64,000 nucleotides of DNA, taken from Saprospiraceae bacterium. GTDB lineage: Bacteria > Bacteroidota > Bacteroidia > Chitinophagales > Saprospiraceae. Every line of letters begins with the position of its first letter. Position 1 is the first letter of the stretch. Location: the NCBI GenBank assembly GCA_041736625.1, contig JBGSTG010000137.1, forward strand, positions 36,896 to 100,895. The letters are read 5' to 3'. A model generated the notes under the pieces. That model had not been told where the DNA came from. It saw nothing but the letters and a program-made list of their open reading frames with translations, and did not search any database. Both the position numbers and the translations under genes were made by a program. Positions 1 through 9,000 of this stretch are shown here, piece by piece.

Positions 1-2271
1 CACCCGCATGGCGACGGTTCTGTATACGACGCCATGGTGCGGCTGGCGCAGGAGTGGAGCATGCGTTACCCTCTGGTGGACGGGCAGGGTAACTTCGGAT
101 CTATGGACGGAGACAGCCCCGCTGCCATGCGGTACACCGAAGCGCGCCTGCGCCGGGTGGCCGACGAGATGTTGGGCGATATTGACAAGGAAACGGTTGA
201 CTTTCAGCTCAATTTCGACGATTCACTCGAGGAGCCCACCGTTTTGCCCACCAAATTCCCCAATCTCCTGGCAAACGGCGCCAGCGGCATAGCAGTGGGC
301 ATGGCCACCAATATGATGCCGCACAACCTGGGCGAAGTGTGCGAAGCCATCGTCGCCACTGTGGACAATCCGGAGATCACCGTCGACGAACTGATGCAGT
401 TTGTCAAAGCGCCCGATTTCCCCACCGGCGGCATTATTTTCGGCCTGTCCGGCGTTCAGGAGGCCTTCCGCACCGGCCGCGGCCGGGTGGTGGTACGCGC
501 CAAAACGGAAATTGAAGTGGATGAAAAGGGACGAGAATCCATCGTCATCACCGAAATCCCTTATCAGGTCAACAAGGCCGTTTTGATTGAAAAAATTGCC
601 GCCCTGGTCAACGAGAAACGCGTGCTGGGCATCAGCGATGTGGCCGACCTGTCCAACCGGGAAGGGGTGCGCGTGGTCATTGATATCAAGCGCGACGCCG
701 CGGCCAATGTGGTGCTCAGCCAGCTGTTCAAACTCACCCCGCTGCAAACCAGCTACGGCATCAACAACGTGGCGCTCGTCCGCGGGCGCCCCAGAACGCT
801 CAACCTCAAAGAGCTCATCGATGAGTTCGTGCGTTTCCGCCTGGACGTCATCGTCCGCCGAACCCAATACGAACTGCGCAAGGCCGAAGAGCGCGCCCAC
901 ATTCTTGAAGGGTTGCTCATCGCGTTGGATCGCCTCGACGAGGTCATCGCTCTCATCCGGGCATCCAAAGACGCCGAGGAAGCCCGCGAAGGACTGATGG
1001 GCACCTTCGGCCTGTCTGAAGTTCAATCCCGCGCCATTCTGGCCATGCGCTTGCAGCAACTCACCGGGCTGGAGCGCGACAAAGTGCGTCTCGAATTCGA
1101 GGAGTTGATCAAGCGCATCGCCGAACTCAAGGCCATCCTCGCCGACGAGGGTCTCCGACGCGGCATCATCAAGGAAGAGCTGCGAGAGATCAACGAACGG
1201 TATGGCGACCCGCGCCGTACCGCCATCGAACTCGATGAGGCCGAGATCAACATGGAAGACCTGATCGAAGACGAGGCGGTGGTCATTACCATCAGCCACG
1301 CCGGATACATCAAACGCACGCCCGCCAGCGAATACCGCGCGCAAGGCCGCGGTGGTCGCGGCGCCCAGGGCGTTCGTACCCGTGAGGAGGACTTCGTGGA
1401 GCACATGTTCACCGCCACCAACCACCAGACGCTGATGCTGTTCACCGAAAGCGGCCGCTGCTTCTGGCTGAAAGTGTACGAGATACCGGAGGGCGCCAAA
1501 ACTACCTCCGGCCGGGTCATCCAGAACCTGCTCAACATCCCAAAGGAAGATAAGGTGCGTGCCTATATCCTGGTGAAAAGTCTCCAGGACGAAGCGTTTA
1601 TAAACAGTCACTACATCCTGTTCTGCACCCGCAGGGGCCAAATCAAAAAAACCCTGCTCGAAGAATACTCCCGGCCACGTCAGGGGGGCATCAACGCCAT
1701 CGGCATCAACGAGGGCGATGCGCTGATCGAGGCCAGGCTCACCAACGGCAAAAACGAGATTCTGCTGGCCGTCCGCAGCGGACGAGCCATCCGATTCAAC
1801 GAAGAAGACGCCCGACCCATGGGCCGTACTGCCGCCGGCGTGCGCGGCATCCAGGTAGACGAAAGCCGGAACGATGTGGTCGTCGGCATGGTGTGTGTCG
1901 ACGCTGAAGACCCCACCACCAGCATATTCGTCGTTTCCGAAAAAGGCATGGGCAAACGCTCTGCGCTTGACGATTATCCTACCCAGGGACGGGGTGGCAA
2001 AGGGGTAAAAACCATGCAGATCACCGAAAAAACCGGACCCCTTATCGCCATCAAACGCATCACCGACGAGGATGATCTTATGGTCACCACCACTTCCGGC
2101 GTCACCATTCGCACCGCCGCCGCCGAACTCCGTGTCATGGGCCGCGCTACACAGGGCGTCCGGGTGATCCGGCTGGACGAACAGGATGAAATCGCCGACG
2201 TGACCGCGATCCGGGCCGAACCCGATGCCCCTCATGTGCCGGACGCCGAAGCGCCGGTCGCCGAATCATAA
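1..2271 (+). CDS. gyrA: DNA gyrase subunit A, 5'-truncated by the window edge
   Basis: Frame 1 is open from nt 1 ([34 protein letters not shown]). [10 protein letters not shown] carries the catalytic Tyr. [16 protein letters not shown] follows, then repeated C-terminal beta-pinwheel blades ([38 protein letters not shown]). Stop at 2269-2271. Confidence 0.97.
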   Translation, partial: HPHGDGSVYDAMVRLAQEWSMRYPLVDGQGNFGSMDGDSPAAMRYTEARLRRVADEMLGDIDKETVDFQLNFDDSLEEPTVLPTKFPNLLANGASGIAVGMATNMMPHNLGEVCEAIVATVDNPEITVDELMQFVKAPDFPTGGIIFGLSGVQEAFRTGRGRVVVRAKTEIEVDEKGRESIVITEIPYQVNKAVLIEKIAALVNEKRVLGISDVADLSNREGVRVVIDIKRDAAANVVLSQLFKLTPLQTSYGINNVALVRGRPRTLNLKELIDEFVRFRLDVIVRRTQYELRKAEERAHILEGLLIALDRLDEVIALIRASKDAEEAREGLMGTFGLSEVQSRAILAMRLQQLTGLERDKVRLEFEELIKRIAELKAILADEGLRRGIIKEELREINERYGDPRRTAIELDEAEINMEDLIEDEAVVITISHAGYIKRTPASEYRAQGRGGRGAQGVRTREEDFVEHMFTATNHQTLMLFTESGRCFWLKVYEIPEGAKTTSGRVIQNLLNIPKEDKVRAYILVKSLQDEAFINSHYILFCTRRGQIKKTLLEEYSRPRQGGINAIGINEGDALIEARLTNGKNEILLAVRSGRAIRFNEEDARPMGRTAAGVRGIQVDESRNDVVVGMVCVDAEDPTTSIFVVSEKGMGKRSALDDYPTQGRGGKGVKTMQITEKTGPLIAIKRITDEDDLMVTTTSGVTIRTAAAELRVMGRATQGVRVIRLDEQDEIADVTAIRAEPDAPHVPDAEAPVAES

Positions 2272-2366
2272 CATTTTCTAAACATTCGGATCCGAAATTC
2301 TTCCGGTATATTCGCCCCCACTGAGACCACAGACATCACCGCTGACCATTAAAAGCAAACGCAACG

Positions 2367-3683
2367 ATGAAACCGTCATTCCTTACCTTCCTCCTGACCT
2401 TCGCGCTGGGCCTCACCCTCCAAGCTCAGGAAGGCGCAAAGTTGGCCAAACAGGCCGCCAAAGCATTGACCACCTACAACATGGACCAGGTCAACAACCA
2501 GGCTAAATTGAGCGAAGCAAAAACGCTCATTGACCAGGCCATGCTGCAACCCGACGCTCAAGCGATCTACTCCGCCTGGTTCTCCAAAGGGGAAATCTAC
2601 TCCACCATCTTCCAGCTCGAAACCGCCCAGATGCAGTTCAACCCGCAGGCCAAATACAGCGGAGACAACGACGCACTGGAAGCCTATAACGCCTACCAAA
2701 AAGCGTACGAAATCGGCGTCAAAAAATTTGAAAAATCAGACGCCGCCAAGGGTATCGCCACCGTACAGGGTGGCCTCATCAACCTGGGCATCATTAAATA
2801 CGATAAAGGCGAATACGAAAAAGCCCTGGCATCGTTCGAAGCCGTGCTGGCCAGCCACAACACCCTCACAGAGGCCAAACAGAACAGCCTGCTCTCCGAT
2901 CCGGTGCAGTACGACAATCAGGTGTTCACCACGGCCATCACCGCCACACTCGCTCAAAATTGCGAAAAAGCCATGGTGTACTACAACCAGCTCTACACCA
3001 AAGGCACCGATAAGGCGGCCGTGTACGACGGCATGTACACCTGCCTCAACGAAATGGGCAAAACCGACGAGGCCCGGAAAATACTCTCCGAAGGGCGCCA
3101 AAAATTTCCCGACGACACCGGCCTGTTGTTCTCCGAAATTAACGTGTACCTCCGCGAAGGCCGGCTGGATGAACTCACCAGCAACCTGAAAAAGGCCATA
3201 GAGGCCGAACCAAACAACATCGGGCTGTACATCACGCTTGGAAACGTGTACGACAACCTGTACACGCGCGAGCTGAAAGCCAACAACACGGACAAAGCCA
3301 ACGAATACTTTGAACTGGCCAAATCATACTACACCGAAGCCATCAACCGCGATCCCAAAAATGCCGACGCCCAGTATTCAATGGGCACCTTGTATTACAA
3401 CCGGGCTGCCCTCCGATCCGAAGAACTCAACAAAATGGCCGATGACTACTCGGCGGCAGGCATTAAAAAGTACGAGCAGATCAAAAAGGACATGATGAAC
3501 CAGTTCGAACTGGCCTTGCCCTATTTCCAAAAAGCAGAGGCGCTCAATCCCAATGAAAAAAATACGCTCCTCGCCCTTTCCGAAATCTACGCACGCAAGG
3601 ACGACCCACTCGCCACTGAATTTAAAAAACGACTCGAAGTGCTGAGCAAAGGCGGAAAGAACGAAACTTCGTATTTTAAGTAA
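2367..3683 (+). CDS. Secreted TPR-repeat protein
   Basis: Signal peptide MKPSFLTFLLTFALGLTLQAQ. Repeated about 34-aa A/Y/L-rich helical units (e.g. GEYEKALASFEAVL, EARKILSEGRQKFPDD, LYITLGNVYDNL, AQYSMGTLYYN, ALPYFQKAEALNPNE). Coding-like composition with no competing ORF. Confidence 0.7.
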   Translation: MKPSFLTFLLTFALGLTLQAQEGAKLAKQAAKALTTYNMDQVNNQAKLSEAKTLIDQAMLQPDAQAIYSAWFSKGEIYSTIFQLETAQMQFNPQAKYSGDNDALEAYNAYQKAYEIGVKKFEKSDAAKGIATVQGGLINLGIIKYDKGEYEKALASFEAVLASHNTLTEAKQNSLLSDPVQYDNQVFTTAITATLAQNCEKAMVYYNQLYTKGTDKAAVYDGMYTCLNEMGKTDEARKILSEGRQKFPDDTGLLFSEINVYLREGRLDELTSNLKKAIEAEPNNIGLYITLGNVYDNLYTRELKANNTDKANEYFELAKSYYTEAINRDPKNADAQYSMGTLYYNRAALRSEELNKMADDYSAAGIKKYEQIKKDMMNQFELALPYFQKAEALNPNEKNTLLALSEIYARKDDPLATEFKKRLEVLSKGGKNETSYFK

Positions 3684-3693
3684 TTCGAAGCCG

Positions 3694-4824
3694 TTAACCC
3701 TCGAAACGGACAAAGTCAATCAGCCTCCGGGCATTGTGCTCATTGGAAAAATGTGCGTCCAGAACGGCCTGCCGCTCCTGCATGCGATGGGTCTCGAAAG
3801 GCGCGTTGATCAGCGCTTCAATGGTCTGCCGGATAGAGGCAGCTGAATTCCGCACGTAACACAGTTTTCCTAGGGGGTTGCCCGACACCATAGCGTCGTT
3901 CACCATGCAGAACCGGCCACGATACAGGGCGTTTAACAATTTGAGTTTCATGCCCGCTGTTTGAAACGACACCAAAAGGTTGATGTGCGCATCGCGCATC
4001 AGGTCGTTCATTTGTTCATCATCCGGGTTTTCCACCAGGCGAATGTGGTCATAACGGCCGACAGCCTCGCGCAGCCGGTCTGTGGGCGCCAATCCTGCGA
4101 TTACAAACGGGACATTGAGCCCTTCAAACACCTCGGCGATGAGCCACAGCGCCGCCTTTTCGTTGTCCGGCACGCTTAGCTTGCCGTGAAAAAGCACATA
4201 CTGGCCTTTCCCGGGTTTGCTCTCCACCGTCGTGTTCGGGTGGAAGGCCGGGAGATAATGCGTATTGGCCTTCTGGGCTCGAAAATAAGCCTCGTCGGTG
4301 GTCGACAGACACAAAATTTCGTCGGCGTGCAGCAACACCCTCGGTTCGATGCGTTGCAATTTGATGCTCTCCGAAAAATAATACAGTTTCTCGCGCCAAT
4401 CGTCGGTGAGTTTGGAGAGCGACTCGTAATACTGCCATTCAATGTTGTGCATGCGCACCAGCTTTTTTCGCCCCCGGAGGCGTTTATGCCATACAAATCC
4501 ACAGGTGTGCATCCCCTCGAACAGGATGGGATGCTTGTCTTTGCCCAGACGCCTCAACAAAGCCGACGGCATGCGGGTGCGCATAATAAACGGTACCGGA
4601 CTGGCTTGAAATAACAACGAACGCGACCGTTTATAGTAATTGACCTCGGAACAATAACGCAGCAATTCGGGTTGTGGCGTCCGGTCTCCGTACTGGAAAC
4701 AATGCAGGATTATGCTCACCCCTTGCGCATGCAGCGCTTTGATCTGGTTAAAAACAACGATAACCCCGCCGTAATTGGCCGGGTACGGAATATCAAAAGA
4801 TACAATGTGTAAATGCATAGGCAT
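3694..4824 (-). CDS. Glycosyltransferase, GT-B fold (GT1/GT4-like)
   Basis: ORF 3694-4878. The likely start is MPMHLHIVSFDIPYPANYGGVIV at nt 4824. The C-terminal half (FHGKLSVPDNEKAALWL, VPFVIAG, ENPDDEQM) resembles the glycosyl transferase group 1 pattern. Confidence 0.55.
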   Translation of the reverse strand: MPMHLHIVSFDIPYPANYGGVIVVFNQIKALHAQGVSIILHCFQYGDRTPQPELLRYCSEVNYYKRSRSLLFQASPVPFIMRTRMPSALLRRLGKDKHPILFEGMHTCGFVWHKRLRGRKKLVRMHNIEWQYYESLSKLTDDWREKLYYFSESIKLQRIEPRVLLHADEILCLSTTDEAYFRAQKANTHYLPAFHPNTTVESKPGKGQYVLFHGKLSVPDNEKAALWLIAEVFEGLNVPFVIAGLAPTDRLREAVGRYDHIRLVENPDDEQMNDLMRDAHINLLVSFQTAGMKLKLLNALYRGRFCMVNDAMVSGNPLGKLCYVRNSAASIRQTIEALINAPFETHRMQERQAVLDAHFSNEHNARRLIDFVRFEG

Positions 4825-5008
4825 GGGCGCGGCGCAATGATATCGCAAAAACGCGCTCAAAGGTACTTTTAAGCGCATAATTGCACTAAACCGTTTTTTT
4901 TCTCAAAATATTTTGACGGAAAATGAAAACAACCATACCTTAGGAACGTCAACGGCAAGCGTTTCAGCAAGCACCCGTTGACCATCTGTTCACTAATATC
5001 ATAAACGT

Positions 5009-5263
5009 ATGAACATCACATTCGAAGAACTGCGCAGAATCAAACACCTGTTGCCCACCGGAAGCATCGCCCGCATCGCCGAATCACTCGAAATCGATGA
5101 ACAAACCGTCCGCAATTATTTTGGCGCCCATGATTATCAAGCCGGTCAAATCGTCGAGTGGCACCTGGAACCCGGGCCAAACGGCGGTATCGTACACCTG
5201 GAAGACCCCACTATCTACGAAAAAGCCGTCGAGATACTGCGTGAAAACGACATCGAGGTCTAA
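5009..5263 (+). CDS. Small hypothetical protein with a possible N-terminal helix-turn-helix
   Basis: 84-aa ORF in an otherwise empty gap, divergent from the glycosyltransferase. TGSIARIAESLEIDEQTVRNYF looks like an HTH. No further support. Confidence 0.4.
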   Translation: MNITFEELRRIKHLLPTGSIARIAESLEIDEQTVRNYFGAHDYQAGQIVEWHLEPGPNGGIVHLEDPTIYEKAVEILRENDIEV

Positions 5264-5268
5264 CCCCC

Positions 5269-5985
5269 CTACCATCCTGTATAAAAAGCGCCGCAAAGTC
5301 GTTTGAACCCCGGAGCAGGCGCTCCTTTGTCATCCAGCAACATCAACCATTCACGACTGTATACATAGGGCGTACGCTCCAATACCAGGAGCGTACGCGC
5401 TGTTTTTTTGCCCGGACGCGTCACTACATCCAGCCGCCTGGTCGTATACAAACCGATGCAGGCGCCGGCTTCCGTCAGGTGTTGTGCCGCGGCAGGAGGA
5501 AGGATGACGCATAAACGGCCTTCCGGCGCAAGTAGCCTCCCGGCCGCTTCGAGCAACTGTCCGGGACGCAACGACGACAGATGCCGGGCGCGCTTGCGAT
5601 CGTCGTCGGGCGACCATGTGGTTTCCGAAAAATACGGCGGATTGCTCACTACCAGATCATACGGCTTGCCCACTCCCAACCAGGTCGCCGCGTCGGCCTC
5701 CTGCATAAGCAACCGGTCCCGCCAGGGTGTAGCCGCCGCATTCCGGCCGGCCAAAGCCACCGAAGGTGGGTGAACGTCGACGCCATGCACCTGCACCTGC
5801 GCCGGGGTACGCTGAGCGAGCAGGAGGGCAACGACGCCGGTGCCACACCCAATATCCAGGATCATCCCCCGGTCGGGTACCGGCGCCCAGGCGCCCAGCA
5901 GCACGGCATCCGTACTAACCGGGTGCACCCCGGCTGCCTGTTCAACGACAAATTTTTTGAAACGGAAGGGTGGTGGCGCGTCCAT
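5269..5985 (-). CDS. trmN6: SAM-dependent N6-adenine methyltransferase, tRNA1(Val) m6A37 (TrmN6/YfiC)-like
   Basis: N-terminus FRFKKFVVEQ..VSTDAVLLGAW. SAM motif I is DIGCGTGVVALLLAQR. Motif IV is VVSNPPYF. Start taken at MDAPPP (5985); the ORF opens at 5994. Confidence 0.65.
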   Translation of the reverse strand: MDAPPPFRFKKFVVEQAAGVHPVSTDAVLLGAWAPVPDRGMILDIGCGTGVVALLLAQRTPAQVQVHGVDVHPPSVALAGRNAAATPWRDRLLMQEADAATWLGVGKPYDLVVSNPPYFSETTWSPDDDRKRARHLSSLRPGQLLEAAGRLLAPEGRLCVILPPAAAQHLTEAGACIGLYTTRRLDVVTRPGKKTARTLLVLERTPYVYSREWLMLLDDKGAPAPGFKRLCGAFYTGW

Positions 5986-8107
5986 TGTCTTCAATCACCT
6001 GCAATAAACACCAACCTTGCGGCAAAAACCCAATGGGCAGCTCCATTTCCCGCCCTTCCGGTTGGAACGTATGGCGCAATACGCCGGCCGAATCGTACAG
6101 GCGTCCGACAGCCGTATTTGCGGGTATTTGAACGCGCAGGAAGGTGCAAGCAGGGTTTGGCGAAACCCGGGCCTGTGTGAGGTCGCCAGGCTCGGGCGAT
6201 GCGGTGGACACCTCCGCCCAGCGCCGCTCGAACTCTGCCAGAAACAACCGGCTGATTCGCTCATCGGCAATGATCAGCGTGTTCTCATCGTTTCGCTCCT
6301 CGGCGACCGACGACCAGTTGTGCGATCCGGTGACCACCAGCGGGTCGGAATCCGGGTTGGTGGCGTCAACCACGGCGTATTTGTGGTGCAGGGATCCAGG
6401 CCGGGTATGGGTAAACACCTGGATGCCGTTATTGCTCAGGTAGTTGAACTCCGACCCCTGGTCGCCGATGTTCTCGATTATTCCCCGCACCGAAACGCCC
6501 CGGCTTTGGGCGTCTGCGCAGTCGGTGGCCAGTTCGTCGCGCGTGAAAGTCAACAACGCGAATTGTAGGTCGAAATCGCTGGTTTGGAGCGCTTGCCGGA
6601 TCTGACTCGTAGTGCCGTCGCTGGGCGAGAACCACAGGGAAACAGGCACCCCGCCGATCCTGAACTGATGGGGCGTATTGTCCGTTTTTTCCGAACCGAA
6701 AAGCGCCCGGTTGGTGTCGGGCAATGCGGCGCTACCGCCCCACATCTCCTCGAATTCCCGGACATAGCTGCGGGCGAGCGATTGATCCTGGATACAGAGC
6801 ATGTTGTTGTAGTCTTTGGTCATGTTCTCTGTCGTCCAGTTCATGGATCCGGTCACCACCCAGGCATGGTCGGGGAGGTCGGCGTCGCAAACCAAATACT
6901 TGTTGTGCATCAAATCCATGTCGTTGCCATACAAAACCGGGAACGGCGGTGGCGGCTGGAGGGCGGTACTGCTGGCGTTGATAGCGGCAACATAGCGCAC
7001 CTGCACGCCCCGGGTGTGCGCGGCATGCAGACGACTGACGATGTCGTTCCGGTTGTTGTTGTAGTAAGCCAGGTCGATGGTGCAGCAAGCGCTGTCGATG
7101 CGGTTCAGTATCTCCTCCAGGCATTCATCAAAGCTGTCGCCATCTGGTGAAAACGGGGCGGCGACCGTCTCATCCACAGGGTAGTTGAAAAAAACTTTAA
7201 TTCGACCGGTGGAGGCAGACGTAGTGGCGAACACGCGCACTTGCGAACGGATGGTGTCGCTGTTGTGTATGGCAACGGCCTGTGCGTTGTACAGGGTGCC
7301 GGGCGACAGGTTTTCCAGCGTCACTGAATGGTCGGTGACCTGCGCAGACTGAAGGTATACACTGTCCGTTTTATTCCCATCGCCCCAAAGCAAGATGGTG
7401 GGTGAAGTGAGATTCGTTTGCCAGGACAGGGTGAGATCGGTTTGGCCAAAATCGTCAACATCCACGTCCATGGTAAAATAAAAGCAAGGTGAAGGCTGCA
7501 TATCGGCTGCATACCGGGGCAGCAGTTGGGTCTGGATGAATTGGGAGGCGATGGCGAAGAGCAGTATCGGTCCTCCCGGGATGGAAGAACCGATCAGCGG
7601 GTGGCCGCTGCGCAGGAAAATGCGGGAAACGTTGCCGTCGCTGTCCGCAAAATCATACGTGCCATTGGTGTTAAAAGTGCTTCCACCGGCAGCAAACACC
7701 ACGCAGGGTACGCTGATCAATTGACTTTCCAGCGATTCGTTCAGCTCGGCCAGCGAGGTCAGGGCCCTGGGCGCCGGCAGCGGCAGACCGGAGGCCAGCA
7801 CCTGAAAGGACTGAATCGGGCTGATTTCCAGCAGGCCGTTGAAATCGACCAGCGTTCCGGTGACCTCAATGCTGTCGCCGGCTTTGACGGCGTTGCTGAA
7901 ACCCGGCACAGAACCCGAACCCGGAAAGGCGGCGATGCCCGCAGTGTGGTCTTGCAGGTAGCGGATGGAACCCAGCTCCGGGCCGTTGGTAACGACCCCG
8001 CGAACAGTGACCACGGCGCCTGCCGGTTGTTGGCGCGCGAGGGCGACCGTTTGGGCATCGAGAGCGGACGCCAACAACATTAAAAACAGGAAAAATCTGG
8101 ATTTCAT
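5942..8107 (-). CDS. Secreted phospholipase D / nuclease-superfamily protein (2 x HKD) with a T9SS type-A C-terminal domain
   Basis: Signal peptide MKSRFFLFLMLLASALDAQT (start 8107; the ORF opens at 8125). Two HKD motifs: HNKYLVCD..GSMNWT and HHKYAVVD..GSHNWS. C-terminal SPNPACTFLRVQIP...GWCLLQVIEDNGRATTLPFQK matches the T9SS CTD pattern. Confidence 0.75.
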   Translation of the reverse strand: MKSRFFLFLMLLASALDAQTVALARQQPAGAVVTVRGVVTNGPELGSIRYLQDHTAGIAAFPGSGSVPGFSNAVKAGDSIEVTGTLVDFNGLLEISPIQSFQVLASGLPLPAPRALTSLAELNESLESQLISVPCVVFAAGGSTFNTNGTYDFADSDGNVSRIFLRSGHPLIGSSIPGGPILLFAIASQFIQTQLLPRYAADMQPSPCFYFTMDVDVDDFGQTDLTLSWQTNLTSPTILLWGDGNKTDSVYLQSAQVTDHSVTLENLSPGTLYNAQAVAIHNSDTIRSQVRVFATTSASTGRIKVFFNYPVDETVAAPFSPDGDSFDECLEEILNRIDSACCTIDLAYYNNNRNDIVSRLHAAHTRGVQVRYVAAINASSTALQPPPPFPVLYGNDMDLMHNKYLVCDADLPDHAWVVTGSMNWTTENMTKDYNNMLCIQDQSLARSYVREFEEMWGGSAALPDTNRALFGSEKTDNTPHQFRIGGVPVSLWFSPSDGTTSQIRQALQTSDFDLQFALLTFTRDELATDCADAQSRGVSVRGIIENIGDQGSEFNYLSNNGIQVFTHTRPGSLHHKYAVVDATNPDSDPLVVTGSHNWSSVAEERNDENTLIIADERISRLFLAEFERRWAEVSTASPEPGDLTQARVSPNPACTFLRVQIPANTAVGRLYDSAGVLRHTFQPEGREMELPIGFLPQGWCLLQVIEDNGRATTLPFQKICR

Positions 8108-8124
8108 ATAGGTTATCTGTGACA

Positions 8125-8811
8125 TCAGACAGGTTGGTTTCGGTCACCAAAAAGCAGCGTACCCAGGCGAACCAGGGTACTTCCCTCTTCCACAGCGATG
8201 GGCCAGTCGCCGGACATACCCATGGAAATATCGCAGAACCGCTCGTCGTTGGGGAAATAACGATTTTTTAACGCTACAAAAATCCGGCGCAGCGTTTGAA
8301 ACTCCGCACGCACTTTCGAGGTGTCGTCTGTAAACGTAGCCATGCCCATTACCCCGCCGAAAATGATGTGCGGAAAATCGGTGGGTGGGTGGTTATCGAA
8401 CAAAGATTCGGCTTCCGGCAAAGAAAAACCGAATTTGGTCTCTTCTTCGGCGATGAAAAACTGCAAGAGGCAGCAGATGCTGCGGTTGCATCGGGCGCCC
8501 TGCTTTTCAATTTCCTGAAGCAACTTAAGGGTGTCGACCGACTGGATGGTGTGCACGAAGGGGGCAATGAAGCGCACTTTGTTGGTTTGCAGGTGGCCGA
8601 TGAGGTGCCACTCTATGTCGCCAGGCAGCGCTTCCGCTTTGGGAAGCATCTCCTGAACGCGATTCTCACCGAACCGCCGCTGCCCGCATTGATATAATTC
8701 AAGGATGCGCTCCGGCGGTTGGGTTTTGGAAACGGCCAGCAGTTTAACGCCCTTTTCACGAAGTGTTTCAGACAGCTGTACAAAAGATGATTCCCCATTC
8801 ATGGCAGGCAA
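8125..8811 (-). CDS. yggS: YggS-family pyridoxal-phosphate homeostasis protein
   Basis: 228 aa. LLAVSKTQ, FGENRVQE, WHLIGHLQTNKV, MGMATF and ISMGMSGDW are the conserved YggS/COG0325 blocks. Confidence 0.9.
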   Translation of the reverse strand: MPAMNGESSFVQLSETLREKGVKLLAVSKTQPPERILELYQCGQRRFGENRVQEMLPKAEALPGDIEWHLIGHLQTNKVRFIAPFVHTIQSVDTLKLLQEIEKQGARCNRSICCLLQFFIAEEETKFGFSLPEAESLFDNHPPTDFPHIIFGGVMGMATFTDDTSKVRAEFQTLRRIFVALKNRYFPNDERFCDISMGMSGDWPIAVEEGSTLVRLGTLLFGDRNQPV

Positions 8812-9000
8812 AGGTATGGCATATCACAAGTAGATCATTGAAAACAATAAATTTAACACGCTTCGTCGATATGACACATCCGATTTGCGTTGTTGTATTT
8901 ACCTTCGCCTGGTCATAAAAGCCGCTGATCGTCTACTGAAACGCCGCAGGATTTTCCGGCGGCATCACCCTCCTTTTGACTCATCCTTTGCCTTCGCTAC

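Noticed and set aside
223-2235. 670-aa ORF antisense to gyrA
   Set aside because: It lies fully inside the unmistakable gyrA frame. The translation is Gly/Asp/His/Ala-rich low-complexity sequence with no motifs. This is a typical antisense open frame in GC-rich DNA.
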